Below are positions 48,531 to 58,745 of a stretch of 64,000 nucleotides of DNA, piece after piece. The translations under genes and the position numbers were made by a program. The stretch is from a candidate division FCPU426 bacterium (GTDB lineage Bacteria; Oederibacteriota; Muellerivitia; Muellerivitales; Muellerivitaceae), in NCBI GenBank assembly GCA_963719085.1, contig CAVRAL010000001.1, positions 384,001-448,000 on the forward strand, given 5' to 3'. The notes beneath the pieces are model-generated. The model did no database searches, had not been told where the DNA came from, and worked only from the letters and a program-made list of their open reading frames with translations. The first letter of the stretch is position 1. Each line of letters starts with the position of its first letter.

Positions 48531-50351
48531 ATGAACAGCCTTCAAATGACGCCGGACGAGATATTCCAGGAAGCCCGGGATCGGGAAGCGCAGGAATCCG
48601 AAGTTTGGGACCTCAAGGACCTGATCCGGATCTGCCTCCACCACCGCTGGTTGATTGGCTATTGCGTGGCCGGTTTCTTGGTCCTTTCCATTATCTATTC
48701 GCTTTTCGCGTCCAAAACCTACGAGGCCATCAGCACGGTGGAACTTCCGGCTTCCACCCAAGAGACGAATGACGCCATCCGGACCTTGGCTTCTTTGCCT
48801 TCCACCGGGGACCCGATCCAGACCTATTTGGACGTGGGGAATTCCAACTCCGTCGCCGAATACGCCATCCAAAAACTGGACCTGACCCACAATAAATTAT
48901 TCAAGTTCTTTTCCTTCCGGCATTTTGATTTTGAGTATCCGACCGTGCAGGAACTGACCGTTTACCTGATGAAAAGCATTGTCTCGGTCACCAACAATAA
49001 AAACTCTGATCTTTTGTTGATTACGGTGGATCAGAAAAAAGACGCGAAATTGGCCGCCGATATCGCCAATGCCTGGGCGGAGGGCTTTATCGCGGTGAAC
49101 CTGGCCATCAGCCAGGAAAGCGCCCAACGTTCCTATCTGTTCATTCATTCCCAATTAGCCCTGATGGCCAAAAAGTTGAACGATGACCGCGACCTTAAAG
49201 GAAACTATTTGAATCCCTCCAACGAGTACCAGTCCGACGAGGTGATCTACAACCTTCTTTTGCAACAGGACCAGCAGGCCGAAATCCAAGCCAACGCCGA
49301 CAACTCAGGCATCGTGGTCGTGGACCACGCCGAAGTCCCTGAGCAAGCCAAATGGCCCAAGCTTGTCATTTGCGTGATCCTGGGTATATTCCTGGGCGTG
49401 TTCGCCGGGATCCAGACGGCCTACCTGATTGAGCGTTTCCAAGACCGGATCAAGATGGACGAGGACTTGAAGCGGGCCAGCGGCATCACCCAGCTGGGCC
49501 AAATCCCGGATTTCCGCCACGAAAACGGGAAACAAGTGGTTTCCTCGACCGAGCTTTTCTCGCCTCACCACCTGATTTCGGACGAGAAGTTCCGTTTTTC
49601 CTCTTATCACGAGAGCTTCAAGGTTTTCCGCACCAACCTGAATTTCTCCCATGTGGACCGGGATCCCCGGGCCATCGCGGTGTTGTCCTCCCATTCGGGG
49701 GAAGGGAAAACCTTGGTTAATTCCAATTTGGCGCTGGTCTTGGCCGAGCTCGGCCAAAAGGTTCTGCTCGTTGACGCGGACTTGCGCAAACCTTCCATCG
49801 GCGTCATGTTCGGCGTCACCACGCCGCCCGCGTCGGGCCTGCCCATGCTTTTGGCGGGCAAGGGAAAACTGGAGGACATGGTGGTGGATTCAGGAATCCC
49901 GAACCTGACCCTGCTGCCCAACAACACCATCCCGCCCAATCCGGCCGAACTGCTGGGCTCGGGCACGCTCAAGCGCGTGTTGGACGACATGAAATCCAAA
50001 TTTGATTACGTGATCTTCGACGCAGCGCCGGTGTTGCCCGTGACCGACTCGATCCTTCTTTCCACCAGCCTGGACGGCGTCGTCCTGCTGGCCCGTTGGA
50101 ACAAGACCCGGCGGTCCGACTTCCGCCGCGCCTTCCAACAACTGCGCACCGCGAGGGCCACTTTATTAGGGACCGCGCTCAACGCCGTGGAGGTAAGGGC
50201 CGGACTCTATGGCTATGGTTACGGCTATGGCTACGGTTACGGTCATGGGTTTGGAAATAAAGGAAACGGCCGAAACAGCGGAAGCAATGGAAAAGGCGAG
50301 AAGGGGAGCGAGAAAAAAATCCCTCAAATTCCGGCTGAACGGCCCAAGTGA
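48531..50351 (+). CDS. wzc: Polysaccharide co-polymerase / BY tyrosine kinase, locus 2
   Basis: ESFKVFRTNL, SSHSGEGKT, LVDADLRK, PPNPAELL, tail YGYGYGYGYGYG. Confidence 0.93.
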   Translation: MNSLQMTPDEIFQEARDREAQESEVWDLKDLIRICLHHRWLIGYCVAGFLVLSIIYSLFASKTYEAISTVELPASTQETNDAIRTLASLPSTGDPIQTYLDVGNSNSVAEYAIQKLDLTHNKLFKFFSFRHFDFEYPTVQELTVYLMKSIVSVTNNKNSDLLLITVDQKKDAKLAADIANAWAEGFIAVNLAISQESAQRSYLFIHSQLALMAKKLNDDRDLKGNYLNPSNEYQSDEVIYNLLLQQDQQAEIQANADNSGIVVVDHAEVPEQAKWPKLVICVILGIFLGVFAGIQTAYLIERFQDRIKMDEDLKRASGITQLGQIPDFRHENGKQVVSSTELFSPHHLISDEKFRFSSYHESFKVFRTNLNFSHVDRDPRAIAVLSSHSGEGKTLVNSNLALVLAELGQKVLLVDADLRKPSIGVMFGVTTPPASGLPMLLAGKGKLEDMVVDSGIPNLTLLPNNTIPPNPAELLGSGTLKRVLDDMKSKFDYVIFDAAPVLPVTDSILLSTSLDGVVLLARWNKTRRSDFRRAFQQLRTARATLLGTALNAVEVRAGLYGYGYGYGYGYGHGFGNKGNGRNSGSNGKGEKGSEKKIPQIPAERPK

Positions 50352-51964
50352 TGCCGGTGTCGGAGGGTTTTTCGATTTTTCTCATTTTAGCGGGGGCCGG
50401 GATTAACCTTGTCCTGACTCCTTTGGCCATCCAGCTTTCCCACCGGTTCAACCTGATTGACCGGCCCGGCCACCGAAAAATCCACCAAGTGCCTATCCCG
50501 AAAGTCGGGGGGCTCGCGGCTTTCGCCTCCATTCTCATTTGCCTGTTGGTGGGCCTGCTTTTCGCGGGTCCCGATGGGAGTCTGTCCACTCCGGGATCGC
50601 GCAAGCTTCTTTTCATCTTAATTTTTTCCCTCGGCGGGTTTCTTTTGGGCCTGTTGGATGACTTGTTCGACCTGCGCCCGCGCCATAAATTTTTAGCCCA
50701 GTTCTTTCTGGCCGGAGCTTTCGCGGTTTTTGGCTATCGCTTCGAGGTCGTGCATGTGCCCGGGGTGCATATTTTCCACCTTTACTGGGTTTCGATTCCG
50801 GTCACGATTTTTTGGATGATGGCGGTGGTCAACGGGTTGAATTTTGCCGATATCCTGGACGGTTTGGCCGGGATGGTGTGTCTTTGCGGCTTCGTCTCTT
50901 TCGGGCTGGCTTCTTGGCTCATCCACGGGGAAATCACCGGCCACCTGTGGCTTTGCGTGGTGGGCGCGCTTTTGACCTTCCTTTTTTTCAATTGGAAACC
51001 CGCCAAGGTTTATTTGGGGGACGGCGGGGCCACCGGTTTTGGTTTTCTGCTGGCCTGCTGTTTGGTGGGGCTGGGCAATGACGCCGGACCCGCGCGTTTC
51101 ACTTTTTCCACGCCCCAGTCGAAGTCCGAGCCCTTTTGGTTCCAATTTTTCGTCGTGTCCCTCTTCGCGGGTTATCCTTTGATGGAAGCGGCCCTGTCCA
51201 CCTTGCGGCGGGGGGTGAAGCGGTTCGTGATGAACCGGTCGATGGAATTTTCCGAGCAGGAGCATATCGGCCACCGCCTCCTGCGGCTGGGGGTTCCCGC
51301 GGGCCGGATCTGCCGTTTGGTGGGGCTTTTTCAACTGCTCCTGACCCTGGCCGGATTGTTTTTAATGAGCCACGACAACGCTTTCGCCGTGCTGACGGTA
51401 TTGCCCCTCTTCATGGGCCTGTCCTTTTTTATGCCCCGCCTGGGCTTCTTTGAGTTTCTTGATCTTAAGTTCATCCGGGCGAACCAGCCCCATTACCAAA
51501 TCGCCCACCATTTCATCATGGTCCAAAAGGTGAAACTGGGGCTGGCCCAAACCCGCCAAGAAGTGCTGGCCCTGGTCAGCCAAACTTGCCGCGAGTTCGG
51601 CGTGCGCTGCGTGCGTTTTAAGATAAGACCCAACCAACAGGACCGGGGCGGCCTGCAATATACATTCCAGCAGGAAATCGCCAAGGACAACTTGGCCGGC
51701 GGCGATGAGGAATTTTACGATTATTTCGAGGGAGCCCTGCCGCGCTGCGAGGCTTTTTGGATATTCACCGCCCACACGGGTACCGAAGAATTGGACGTGG
51801 AATACCGGGTGCTGATGAATCTTTTCATTGAAAAGGCCATGGCGATTTGTGTGAGGCTGGGCGAGGGACAGGAAAATCTCGTGGTGGGGGGGTTGGTCGA
51901 CTTGCCCCACGCCAAAATCAGCGGCCATCATCTGCGGCGCCGCCGGGGACGGGGTTGGAGTTGA
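50351..51964 (+). CDS. WecA/TagO (MraY-like) phosphoglycosyltransferase with extra C-terminal domain, locus 2
   Basis: DRPGHRKIH, GLLDD, NGLNFADILDGLA, FNWKPAKVYLGDGG; C-terminal extension homologous to the locus 1 paralogue. Confidence 0.88.
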   Translation: MPVSEGFSIFLILAGAGINLVLTPLAIQLSHRFNLIDRPGHRKIHQVPIPKVGGLAAFASILICLLVGLLFAGPDGSLSTPGSRKLLFILIFSLGGFLLGLLDDLFDLRPRHKFLAQFFLAGAFAVFGYRFEVVHVPGVHIFHLYWVSIPVTIFWMMAVVNGLNFADILDGLAGMVCLCGFVSFGLASWLIHGEITGHLWLCVVGALLTFLFFNWKPAKVYLGDGGATGFGFLLACCLVGLGNDAGPARFTFSTPQSKSEPFWFQFFVVSLFAGYPLMEAALSTLRRGVKRFVMNRSMEFSEQEHIGHRLLRLGVPAGRICRLVGLFQLLLTLAGLFLMSHDNAFAVLTVLPLFMGLSFFMPRLGFFEFLDLKFIRANQPHYQIAHHFIMVQKVKLGLAQTRQEVLALVSQTCREFGVRCVRFKIRPNQQDRGGLQYTFQQEIAKDNLAGGDEEFYDYFEGALPRCEAFWIFTAHTGTEELDVEYRVLMNLFIEKAMAICVRLGEGQENLVVGGLVDLPHAKISGHHLRRRRGRGWS

Positions 51965-52809
51965 GTCCGGCACTTCCCACCGATTCCGCCGGCCTGAAGT
52001 CCCTGTTGGCGCTGGCGGTGGGAGCCTCGCTTCGCGCCGGGCAAGCCATCTTGGAAATTTACGCGGACGACTTTTCCGTGGACCTGAAGGCGGACCAAAG
52101 CCCGGTCACCTTGGCCGACCGCCGTGCCCACGCGGTGATCGCCGAAGCCCTGGTTCCCGCCGGACTGCCCCTTTTGAGCGAGGAGGGAAAACCCATCCCC
52201 TATGGGGAGCGGGCGGCTTGGGAAAGCTTTTGGCTAGTGGACCCCTTGGACGGCACCAAAGAATTCATTAAAAAAAACGGCGAGTTCACCGTGAACATCG
52301 CGCTCATCCGCGGTGGCCGCCCCGTCTTGGGCGTGGTCCTCGCGCCGGCGCTGGACCAGCTCTATTTCGCCGCCGAAGGACTGGGCGCTTGGGGCGGGAA
52401 GGGGGCGCAACCGCGGAACGCGGGCTGGGAAAGTCTCCGGGATTCGGTCCAACCGTTAAATTTAAAACCCTTCCCGGCTGAAGGCGGGACCCTGCGGGTG
52501 GTGGCCAGCCGTTCCCACGCCACGCCCGAAACGGAAAATTGCCTGGGCGAATTAAGGAAAAAATACCAGGTGGAATTATTGAGTTCGGGAAGCTCGCTCA
52601 AGTTCTGCCTGGTAGCCTCGGGCCGGGCCGATTTATATCCCCGCTTCGCGCCAACCATGGAATGGGATACAGCGGCGGGCCAAGCGCTAGTCGAGCAGGC
52701 GGGCGGCGCGGTATGGCGGTGCGAGGATGGAATGCCCTTGGTTTACAATAAAGAAAACCTGCTCAATCCTTGGTTCCAGGCGGGCGGCCGGGGTTCGGAG
52801 GGGGTTTGA
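51961..52809 (+). CDS. cysQ: 3'(2'),5'-bisphosphate nucleotidase (PAP phosphatase)
   Basis: KADQSPVTLAD, LSEE, WLVDPLDGTKEF, EFTVNIALI, SRSH, GSSLKFCLVASG.AD.YPR..PTMEWDTAAGQA. Confidence 0.95.
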   Translation: MSPALPTDSAGLKSLLALAVGASLRAGQAILEIYADDFSVDLKADQSPVTLADRRAHAVIAEALVPAGLPLLSEEGKPIPYGERAAWESFWLVDPLDGTKEFIKKNGEFTVNIALIRGGRPVLGVVLAPALDQLYFAAEGLGAWGGKGAQPRNAGWESLRDSVQPLNLKPFPAEGGTLRVVASRSHATPETENCLGELRKKYQVELLSSGSSLKFCLVASGRADLYPRFAPTMEWDTAAGQALVEQAGGAVWRCEDGMPLVYNKENLLNPWFQAGGRGSEGV

Positions 52810-54182
52810 AACGCTCCACGATTTCATCCAGGCGTTTGGCGTCTATGATCCCTGAAACCCTGCGGGCTTTTCTCGCCGGTCGTCCCTTCGTCCTGCCGCA
52901 GGGCCGAAAGCGCTTGCTGGGCAAGGCCACCATCATGCTGGGGGCCCGGATTCTGGCCTTAGGGTTCGCCGCCGCCGGATCAGTTTGGGCCGCCCGGTGC
53001 CTGGGTCCCCGCAACCTGGGACTTTCGGGCATGGTCTACAGCGTGGTAGGGCAGACGGTGGTTTTGTTCAACCTCGTTCATCCGACCCTGTTGATCCGTG
53101 AGTACAAAAAAAACCATAGCCCGCAAAAACAAAACCGCCTGATTCGAGTGGACACCACTTTCACCCTTCTCTTGTCCGCCGTTTTCGGTCTCTTAGGGTT
53201 GGGGCTGCAGGCCTTTGGCCAACTGCCCGTGGATTATCATTTTGCCGGATGGTTTTTCGCCCCTCTGCTGATCTTGATCACCCTTCAGCCCGGGTGGGTG
53301 TTTCAGGCCGCCGAACACCAGCATTTCCAATCCCTCATCGCCATCCTTCAGCCCTTGCTGGCCGCGGCCCTTTACTTTTCTTTTTTTAAACCGGGTATGT
53401 CCGCCGGCGCCGACCTGGCGGTCAATACCACGGTCTTTCTGGTGGTGACGACCGTCTATTGGGCCGCTCTTTACCGCTTAACGCCATTCAAGGGATTTCC
53501 GTTCAAGTGGGGTGACGTAAAGTATATTGGGGGTTTGATCCGGAAATCCCGGTGGTTTTTTATTTCGGGGCTCAGTTTTTATATTTACACGGTCCTTGAA
53601 CAGCCTTTGTTGGGGTGGTTGTACTCGGTGGAGGAATTAGGAAAGTACCGGACCGCGATTCAAGTCACCAACGTGGCGGGATCCCTGCTGGGAATTACCA
53701 GCACCTTGTTATTCCCCCGTTTTCTGGAATGGCGTAAAAAGGGGGAAGAGTTTCTCTGGGCGCGGCAGGTGAAAATCGGGGTATTGTTCGCGGGATTCAC
53801 CGTTGCGGGTATGCTGGCGACCTGGATGGTTCTACCGCCGCTTTATCCGTTCGTGTTCGGCGAAAAATTTGAGGCGGCGGCGATTCCAGCGGCCATCTTG
53901 GTCACCTCGAAGCTGGTAGCGGCCTTGGGCGCGATTTTTATCATTGGATTGAGAACCGACCATCGCTATGACAAGAGTACGTCGATCATTTATATGGGTG
54001 TGGCGTTTTTCTCCTTGGTCTCCAACCTTCTTTTAATTCCGCGGTTCGGAATGACCGGCACCGCCTGCGTGAACCTCGCCAGTCAAGTGGTCCTGCTGGC
54101 GGTTTTTTTGCGGATGTCGGCCCAGCGCATGGGGGAATACCGAAAAATAACCACCGGGGACATGCCGTTTTCGATAAACTGA
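52806..54182 (+). CDS. wzx: Oligosaccharide flippase, locus 2
   Basis: Multi-TM; shares FQAAEHQHFQS, FFKPGMSAGADLA and PRF.EWRK.GE.FLW.RQVK with the locus 1 flippase; start TTG 52806 or ATG 52845. Confidence 0.88.
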   Translation: MKRSTISSRRLASMIPETLRAFLAGRPFVLPQGRKRLLGKATIMLGARILALGFAAAGSVWAARCLGPRNLGLSGMVYSVVGQTVVLFNLVHPTLLIREYKKNHSPQKQNRLIRVDTTFTLLLSAVFGLLGLGLQAFGQLPVDYHFAGWFFAPLLILITLQPGWVFQAAEHQHFQSLIAILQPLLAAALYFSFFKPGMSAGADLAVNTTVFLVVTTVYWAALYRLTPFKGFPFKWGDVKYIGGLIRKSRWFFISGLSFYIYTVLEQPLLGWLYSVEELGKYRTAIQVTNVAGSLLGITSTLLFPRFLEWRKKGEEFLWARQVKIGVLFAGFTVAGMLATWMVLPPLYPFVFGEKFEAAAIPAAILVTSKLVAALGAIFIIGLRTDHRYDKSTSIIYMGVAFFSLVSNLLLIPRFGMTGTACVNLASQVVLLAVFLRMSAQRMGEYRKITTGDMPFSIN

Positions 54183-54363
54183 GGCTTATTTTTTAAGGAA
54201 GCCGATGACACGGCAGTTCTCGACAGTTTTCGCGGCGGGAAATTTTGGCCTTTCCGCGCTCGAAAACAAAAGGCGCTGGATGGAAGCGGGGCCTAGAATT
54301 CCCGGTCATTGTGGTTTTCGGCGGAGGGAAGGACCTGGCGGCCCTCCCGGAAAAGGGGTGTGA

Positions 54364-55269
54364 ATGGTAAATCCCAATTTTTTTATTATCGGCGCCCCGA
54401 AATCCGGTACGTCGGCTTTGTGCGTCTATTTGGGGGGGCATTCGGGCGTGTTTATCAGCCGTCCCAAGGAACCGATGTATTTTAATTTCGATCAATCGGT
54501 CAATCGGATAGATTTCAACGCTTACCGCGCCCTTTTTTTAGCGGCTGATCCGGATAAACACAAGGCGGTCGGCGAAGCCACCACGACTTACCTTTATTCC
54601 CAGTGCGCGGTTCCCGAGATATTGAGGTTCAACCCCGCGGCGAAGTTCATTGTGATGCTCCGCGGTCCGATTGATTTTGTCCAATCCTACCATTCCCAAA
54701 TGGTTTTCAACGGCGCGGAGGATATATTGGATTTTCAACAGGCCTGGGCGGCCGAAAATGATCGGCGGGCCGGACAACGGGTTCCCCCGGGCTGTCTGAA
54801 CCCCCGAGGGCTTTTTTACTCGGATAAGGGGATGTTTGGCGCCCATCTGGAAAGGCTCTTTGGCCAAACGCGCCGGGAAAAAGTAAAGGTGATTCTTTTT
54901 GAGGATTTTGCCAGCGACACGCGGCGGATTTACGAGGAAGTATTGGCTTTTTTGGATCTGCCCCCAGATGGAAGGACCGATTTTCCGAAGGTGAACGAGA
55001 ATAAACAGGTTTTTTCCCCCGGGTTTCAGCAATTTATGGCTGCTGTGGAGCGGCCCCTTCGGAAAATAAGGAACCAATTGGGCTGGGCCGGTGGATTAGG
55101 GATCCGGTCGAAATTAGCGGCCCTCAACAGCCGGCCCGCGGTCCGAAAGGCGATTTCAAACGATTTTCGCGACGAGCTTGGCCGGTTCTATGAAGCCGAC
55201 ATACAAAAGCTTTCAGGGATTTTAAATCGGGATCTCTCGGCTTGGACTTCATCCCGGGAGGTCAGTTGA
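54364..55269 (+). CDS. PAPS-dependent sulfotransferase 1
   Basis: PNFFIIGAPKSGTS (5'-PSB), KEP.YF, GEATT.Y, LRGPIDFVQS (3'-PB). Confidence 0.92.
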   Translation: MVNPNFFIIGAPKSGTSALCVYLGGHSGVFISRPKEPMYFNFDQSVNRIDFNAYRALFLAADPDKHKAVGEATTTYLYSQCAVPEILRFNPAAKFIVMLRGPIDFVQSYHSQMVFNGAEDILDFQQAWAAENDRRAGQRVPPGCLNPRGLFYSDKGMFGAHLERLFGQTRREKVKVILFEDFASDTRRIYEEVLAFLDLPPDGRTDFPKVNENKQVFSPGFQQFMAAVERPLRKIRNQLGWAGGLGIRSKLAALNSRPAVRKAISNDFRDELGRFYEADIQKLSGILNRDLSAWTSSREVS

Positions 55270-55273
55270 TCAA

Positions 55274-57421
55274 ATGAAAAATAAGGACCCTCAGAAATTC
55301 AAATCCTCCGGCCGTCGGCTCCCTCGGGGAACCTGGGGGGAGGGATTTAAAAATAAAAATATCCTGATCATCTCGTCCGACGCTTGGGGCACCAATTTCG
55401 TCAGCAAACATCATTACGCGACACTCTTGGCCCAAAATGGAAACCGGGTATTTTTTCTTAATCCGAAGACCTCCCAAAAGCTCGAAGGCGGGGTCCGGAT
55501 CACGCCGGTTTCGAGTAATCTGAGCGTAGTGGATTACAACGAAAGTTTTAAGGGAAACAGTTATGGGCCGTCTTTCCTGGCCCGCTGGCTGCAGCGGCTG
55601 GAGGTATTAAAGCTATCGGCCGCGATTGGCTGTGCTTTGGATGTGGTATGGAGTTTTGATCCTTTCCGGCTTCAGTTCCTGGAGGACTGGCAGGCTTCCT
55701 GGAAAATCTATCATCCGGTGGATTTTCATGATACGGCGCGGGAGTGGCGGGCCGCGAAAAGCGCCGATGTGATCCTGGCTTCTTCAAACCTGATTTTGCG
55801 GAAATTTAATCCGATCGATAAACCCAAAGCCCTCATTCATCACGGGTTAGCCGCCCATTTTTTAGCCCCGAAAATCAAGCGCTTGGCTTTGCCGGGGCGG
55901 TTTAAGGTCAGGGTGGGTTATGTCGGAAATTTATTGTACCGCTATATGGATTGGTCGGCCCTTTTTGAAATCATTGAAAAACATCCGCGCATCGGGTTTT
56001 ATTTCATCGGGCCTTCTGATGAGGCCAGCAATTTGGGAGGGTGGAAACCCTTCGTTGAAAATGTAAAAAGGCTCCGGGCGCTCCCCAATGTTTTTTTGAT
56101 CGGCGCGAAGCCCTCCGCTGAACTTCCGGCTTATTTGAAGTCGATGGACCTTTTTTTAATGGCTTATACCGGGAGAAAAGATTTGGAACGGTTGGCGAAT
56201 CCCCACAAAATCCTCGAGTTTTTAAGCACGGGAAAAGCGGTGGTCAGCCATTATATTGACCAATACTCGGACAAGCGAGATTTGATCTGCATGGCCGAAT
56301 CCAACGATGGGCTGCCGGCTTTATTTCAAAAGGTCGTTTCCGATCTGCCGAAATATAACTCAAAAACTCTGGCCTGGAAACGGATGGAATTTTCGGCCCA
56401 AAATACTTATTCGCGTCAACTGAAAAGGATCGAAGATATCCTCGGCGGGGCACCGAAGCGCTTGGAAGCCCCCGTTTCGGGAAAGAAAATCGGCGTGGAT
56501 GTCTGCGTGGCAACCTACCGGCGACCGGGATTATTGGCCAATCTGTTGGAGTCGTTGGCCCGTCAAGCGTTGGAGGGGATCGTTCTGCGGATCATCGTGG
56601 TCGACAACGATCCCGCTGAAGGGGCCCGTTCGGTGGTGGAAGCTTTCGAAAAAAAAAACGGTTTTGAGGTGATTTACGCTGTCGAGCCGACCCAGGGCAT
56701 TTCCCACGCCCGAAACAGGGCCTTGAAGTTTGTCCGTGGGAACTATTTTGCCTTTGTGGACGATGACGAGACGGTGGCGGAGGATTGGTTGAAAAAATTA
56801 TTGGAGGCGGCGGCGAAATATGACGCCGCGGCGGTTTTTGGGTCCATCGAAAGCGTTCCGCCCCTGGATGCCCCGGAGTGGGTCCGGAGGCATTATTTTT
56901 TCAACCGGAAAAAATTTAAGACGGGAACGGTTGTGCGGGTGGGATCGACCGCCAACGTCCTAGTAAGGCGTGAAGCCTTGAAATCGCTTTCGCAAATGTT
57001 TGATCCGGCCTTCGCGTTGACTGGTGGGGAAGATTCAGATTTCTTTTTCCGTCTTTATCTTGCGGGACAGAAGATGGTCCGCTGCCAAGAGGCTTTGGTT
57101 TATGACCATGTCGCGGCGGATCGGCTGACGCTGGCTTGGATTTTACGCCGGGGATACCGAGCTGGGCAAAGCTACGCCCGTGTTTTTGTGGGCCACCGCT
57201 CATGGCCTGGGAAAGCGGCTTGGGCCTTGGGCTGCCTGGCCCTGATGTTGGGGGGGGCGCTGGCCTTGCCTTGGGTTTGGCTGGGTTCCCGATGGGCCGC
57301 GGTGAGTCTTCTAACTCGTGTTTGTTATTACGCCGGAAAACTTTCGGTTTTATTCGGTTCAGGGCTTTATTTCCAGGAATACGCGGCCCATCGCGCCTCC
57401 GTGGAGTCATCCCATGCGTGA
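55274..57421 (+). CDS. Fused GT-B (GT4-like) + GT2 (ExoM-like) glycosyltransferase
   Basis: N-half SKHHYA, GYVGNL, NPHKILEFL..GK; C-half VCVATYRRP, VVDND, GISHARN, FVDDDE, TGGEDSDFF. Confidence 0.88.
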   Translation: MKNKDPQKFKSSGRRLPRGTWGEGFKNKNILIISSDAWGTNFVSKHHYATLLAQNGNRVFFLNPKTSQKLEGGVRITPVSSNLSVVDYNESFKGNSYGPSFLARWLQRLEVLKLSAAIGCALDVVWSFDPFRLQFLEDWQASWKIYHPVDFHDTAREWRAAKSADVILASSNLILRKFNPIDKPKALIHHGLAAHFLAPKIKRLALPGRFKVRVGYVGNLLYRYMDWSALFEIIEKHPRIGFYFIGPSDEASNLGGWKPFVENVKRLRALPNVFLIGAKPSAELPAYLKSMDLFLMAYTGRKDLERLANPHKILEFLSTGKAVVSHYIDQYSDKRDLICMAESNDGLPALFQKVVSDLPKYNSKTLAWKRMEFSAQNTYSRQLKRIEDILGGAPKRLEAPVSGKKIGVDVCVATYRRPGLLANLLESLARQALEGIVLRIIVVDNDPAEGARSVVEAFEKKNGFEVIYAVEPTQGISHARNRALKFVRGNYFAFVDDDETVAEDWLKKLLEAAAKYDAAAVFGSIESVPPLDAPEWVRRHYFFNRKKFKTGTVVRVGSTANVLVRREALKSLSQMFDPAFALTGGEDSDFFFRLYLAGQKMVRCQEALVYDHVAADRLTLAWILRRGYRAGQSYARVFVGHRSWPGKAAWALGCLALMLGGALALPWVWLGSRWAAVSLLTRVCYYAGKLSVLFGSGLYFQEYAAHRASVESSHA

Positions 57422-58745
57422 CTTACAAGTCCCAGGAAAGGGTATCACGGGCAATGGGGTTTGGCTTCCCTTGCTGGTGAGCTTGGTGGGCTATTACGTG
57501 CTGAACAAGGGCTACGCTTATATCGGCTACCTGCCCATCTTCACCGGCGAGATGACCATGATTTTCTATCTGGTACGTCTGCGCCACGGAAAACTCTTGC
57601 CCGCGTTTTTCCGCACGTCGGCGGCCAAATGGTGGGCGTTGTTCTTCGCGTATAATATTTTCACTTTTTTACGCTCTGCCGCCCATGATCCCCGGGACGC
57701 GATCCAAAACAGCATTTGGTGGGTTTACACGATTTTCTTTTATTTTGGATTCTGCTTCGGCGGCAAGATTTTACGGGATAAGAACGGACCGGCCTTTGAA
57801 AAAATCATTTTAGTTACGGCTTACGCGGCCATCCTGACCGGGCTGATGGCGCCCGCGGGCAAATGGCTCCACAGTTGGAGCGCGTTCCTTTACGACGGCA
57901 ATTCATTGTTCGGCGTCTATAGCACTTATGACGCTTCTTTGAGCGGGCTCATCGGCTATTTATTCTACGCGCGTCGCACGCGATTTCACTTTATCTGGAT
58001 CGCCATGGGCCTTTTTGTGCTGGCCTTTCTACTTGAGTCAAGAGCGGGAATGCTGGAAATGATGGTCATCCTCCCTTACGCCATCTTCGTCGACCGTCAG
58101 ATCCAAATTACCCGTCGATTCAAACAAATGTTCATCGCGCTTATCCTGTTGGTCGCGGCCTTCACGGCCTTAAATATTTCCTATCAGGGAAAGCATGGAA
58201 CAGTTTCCATGCAGACCGTCGAGGACGACGCCTACTCGATCTTTTTTCAGGATGATACAAGCAATCTGGAAGGGACCAAGGACGACCGTCTCATGTGGTG
58301 GGCCAATGTCCTCAAACGAACCTGCATCAACGTCCCCACGCTTTTCTTGGGGCTGGGGGAATCGGTCATCTTAAACACGGCCATCAATGGAAAAGGCGAA
58401 GTTGACCGCTATCCGCATAATTCGTTCCTCTCGGCTTTCGGTTTCACCGGCCTCATCGGGTTGATTTTGTTTTTGGGACTTTTCTATTTGATAGGTTGGA
58501 GGATTTTTAAGGCCTCTCGAAGGGCCCGGGGAAACCTGTTATTGCGTTGGTATCCGGTCTTCGCGATTGGCTACGTGGTGGGGGCCTGTTTCAGTACGGT
58601 ATTTGAGGCCCCATTTCATAGTTTCATCTTTTGGACAATTTCGGGAATCATCTATCACTTGGCGGTGAGGAGTTTTGACCCCGCGGAACTTTCCCCTCCT
58701 TTAGAACGTCCGATAACAGAAGCCAGTTTAAAACGGAGGGGATGA
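57414..58745 (+). CDS. O-antigen ligase / Wzy polymerase family membrane protein, locus 2
   Basis: Multi-TM, SRAG, R...W, LFLGLG...YPHNSFL....TGLIG. Confidence 0.8.
   Translation: MRDLQVPGKGITGNGVWLPLLVSLVGYYVLNKGYAYIGYLPIFTGEMTMIFYLVRLRHGKLLPAFFRTSAAKWWALFFAYNIFTFLRSAAHDPRDAIQNSIWWVYTIFFYFGFCFGGKILRDKNGPAFEKIILVTAYAAILTGLMAPAGKWLHSWSAFLYDGNSLFGVYSTYDASLSGLIGYLFYARRTRFHFIWIAMGLFVLAFLLESRAGMLEMMVILPYAIFVDRQIQITRRFKQMFIALILLVAAFTALNISYQGKHGTVSMQTVEDDAYSIFFQDDTSNLEGTKDDRLMWWANVLKRTCINVPTLFLGLGESVILNTAINGKGEVDRYPHNSFLSAFGFTGLIGLILFLGLFYLIGWRIFKASRRARGNLLLRWYPVFAIGYVVGACFSTVFEAPFHSFIFWTISGIIYHLAVRSFDPAELSPPLERPITEASLKRRG

Noticed and set aside
50207..50245. GGCTAT/GGTTAC hexamer run as a phase-variable repeat
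   Set aside because: Encodes the Wzc (YG)n tyrosine cluster with mixed synonymous codons.
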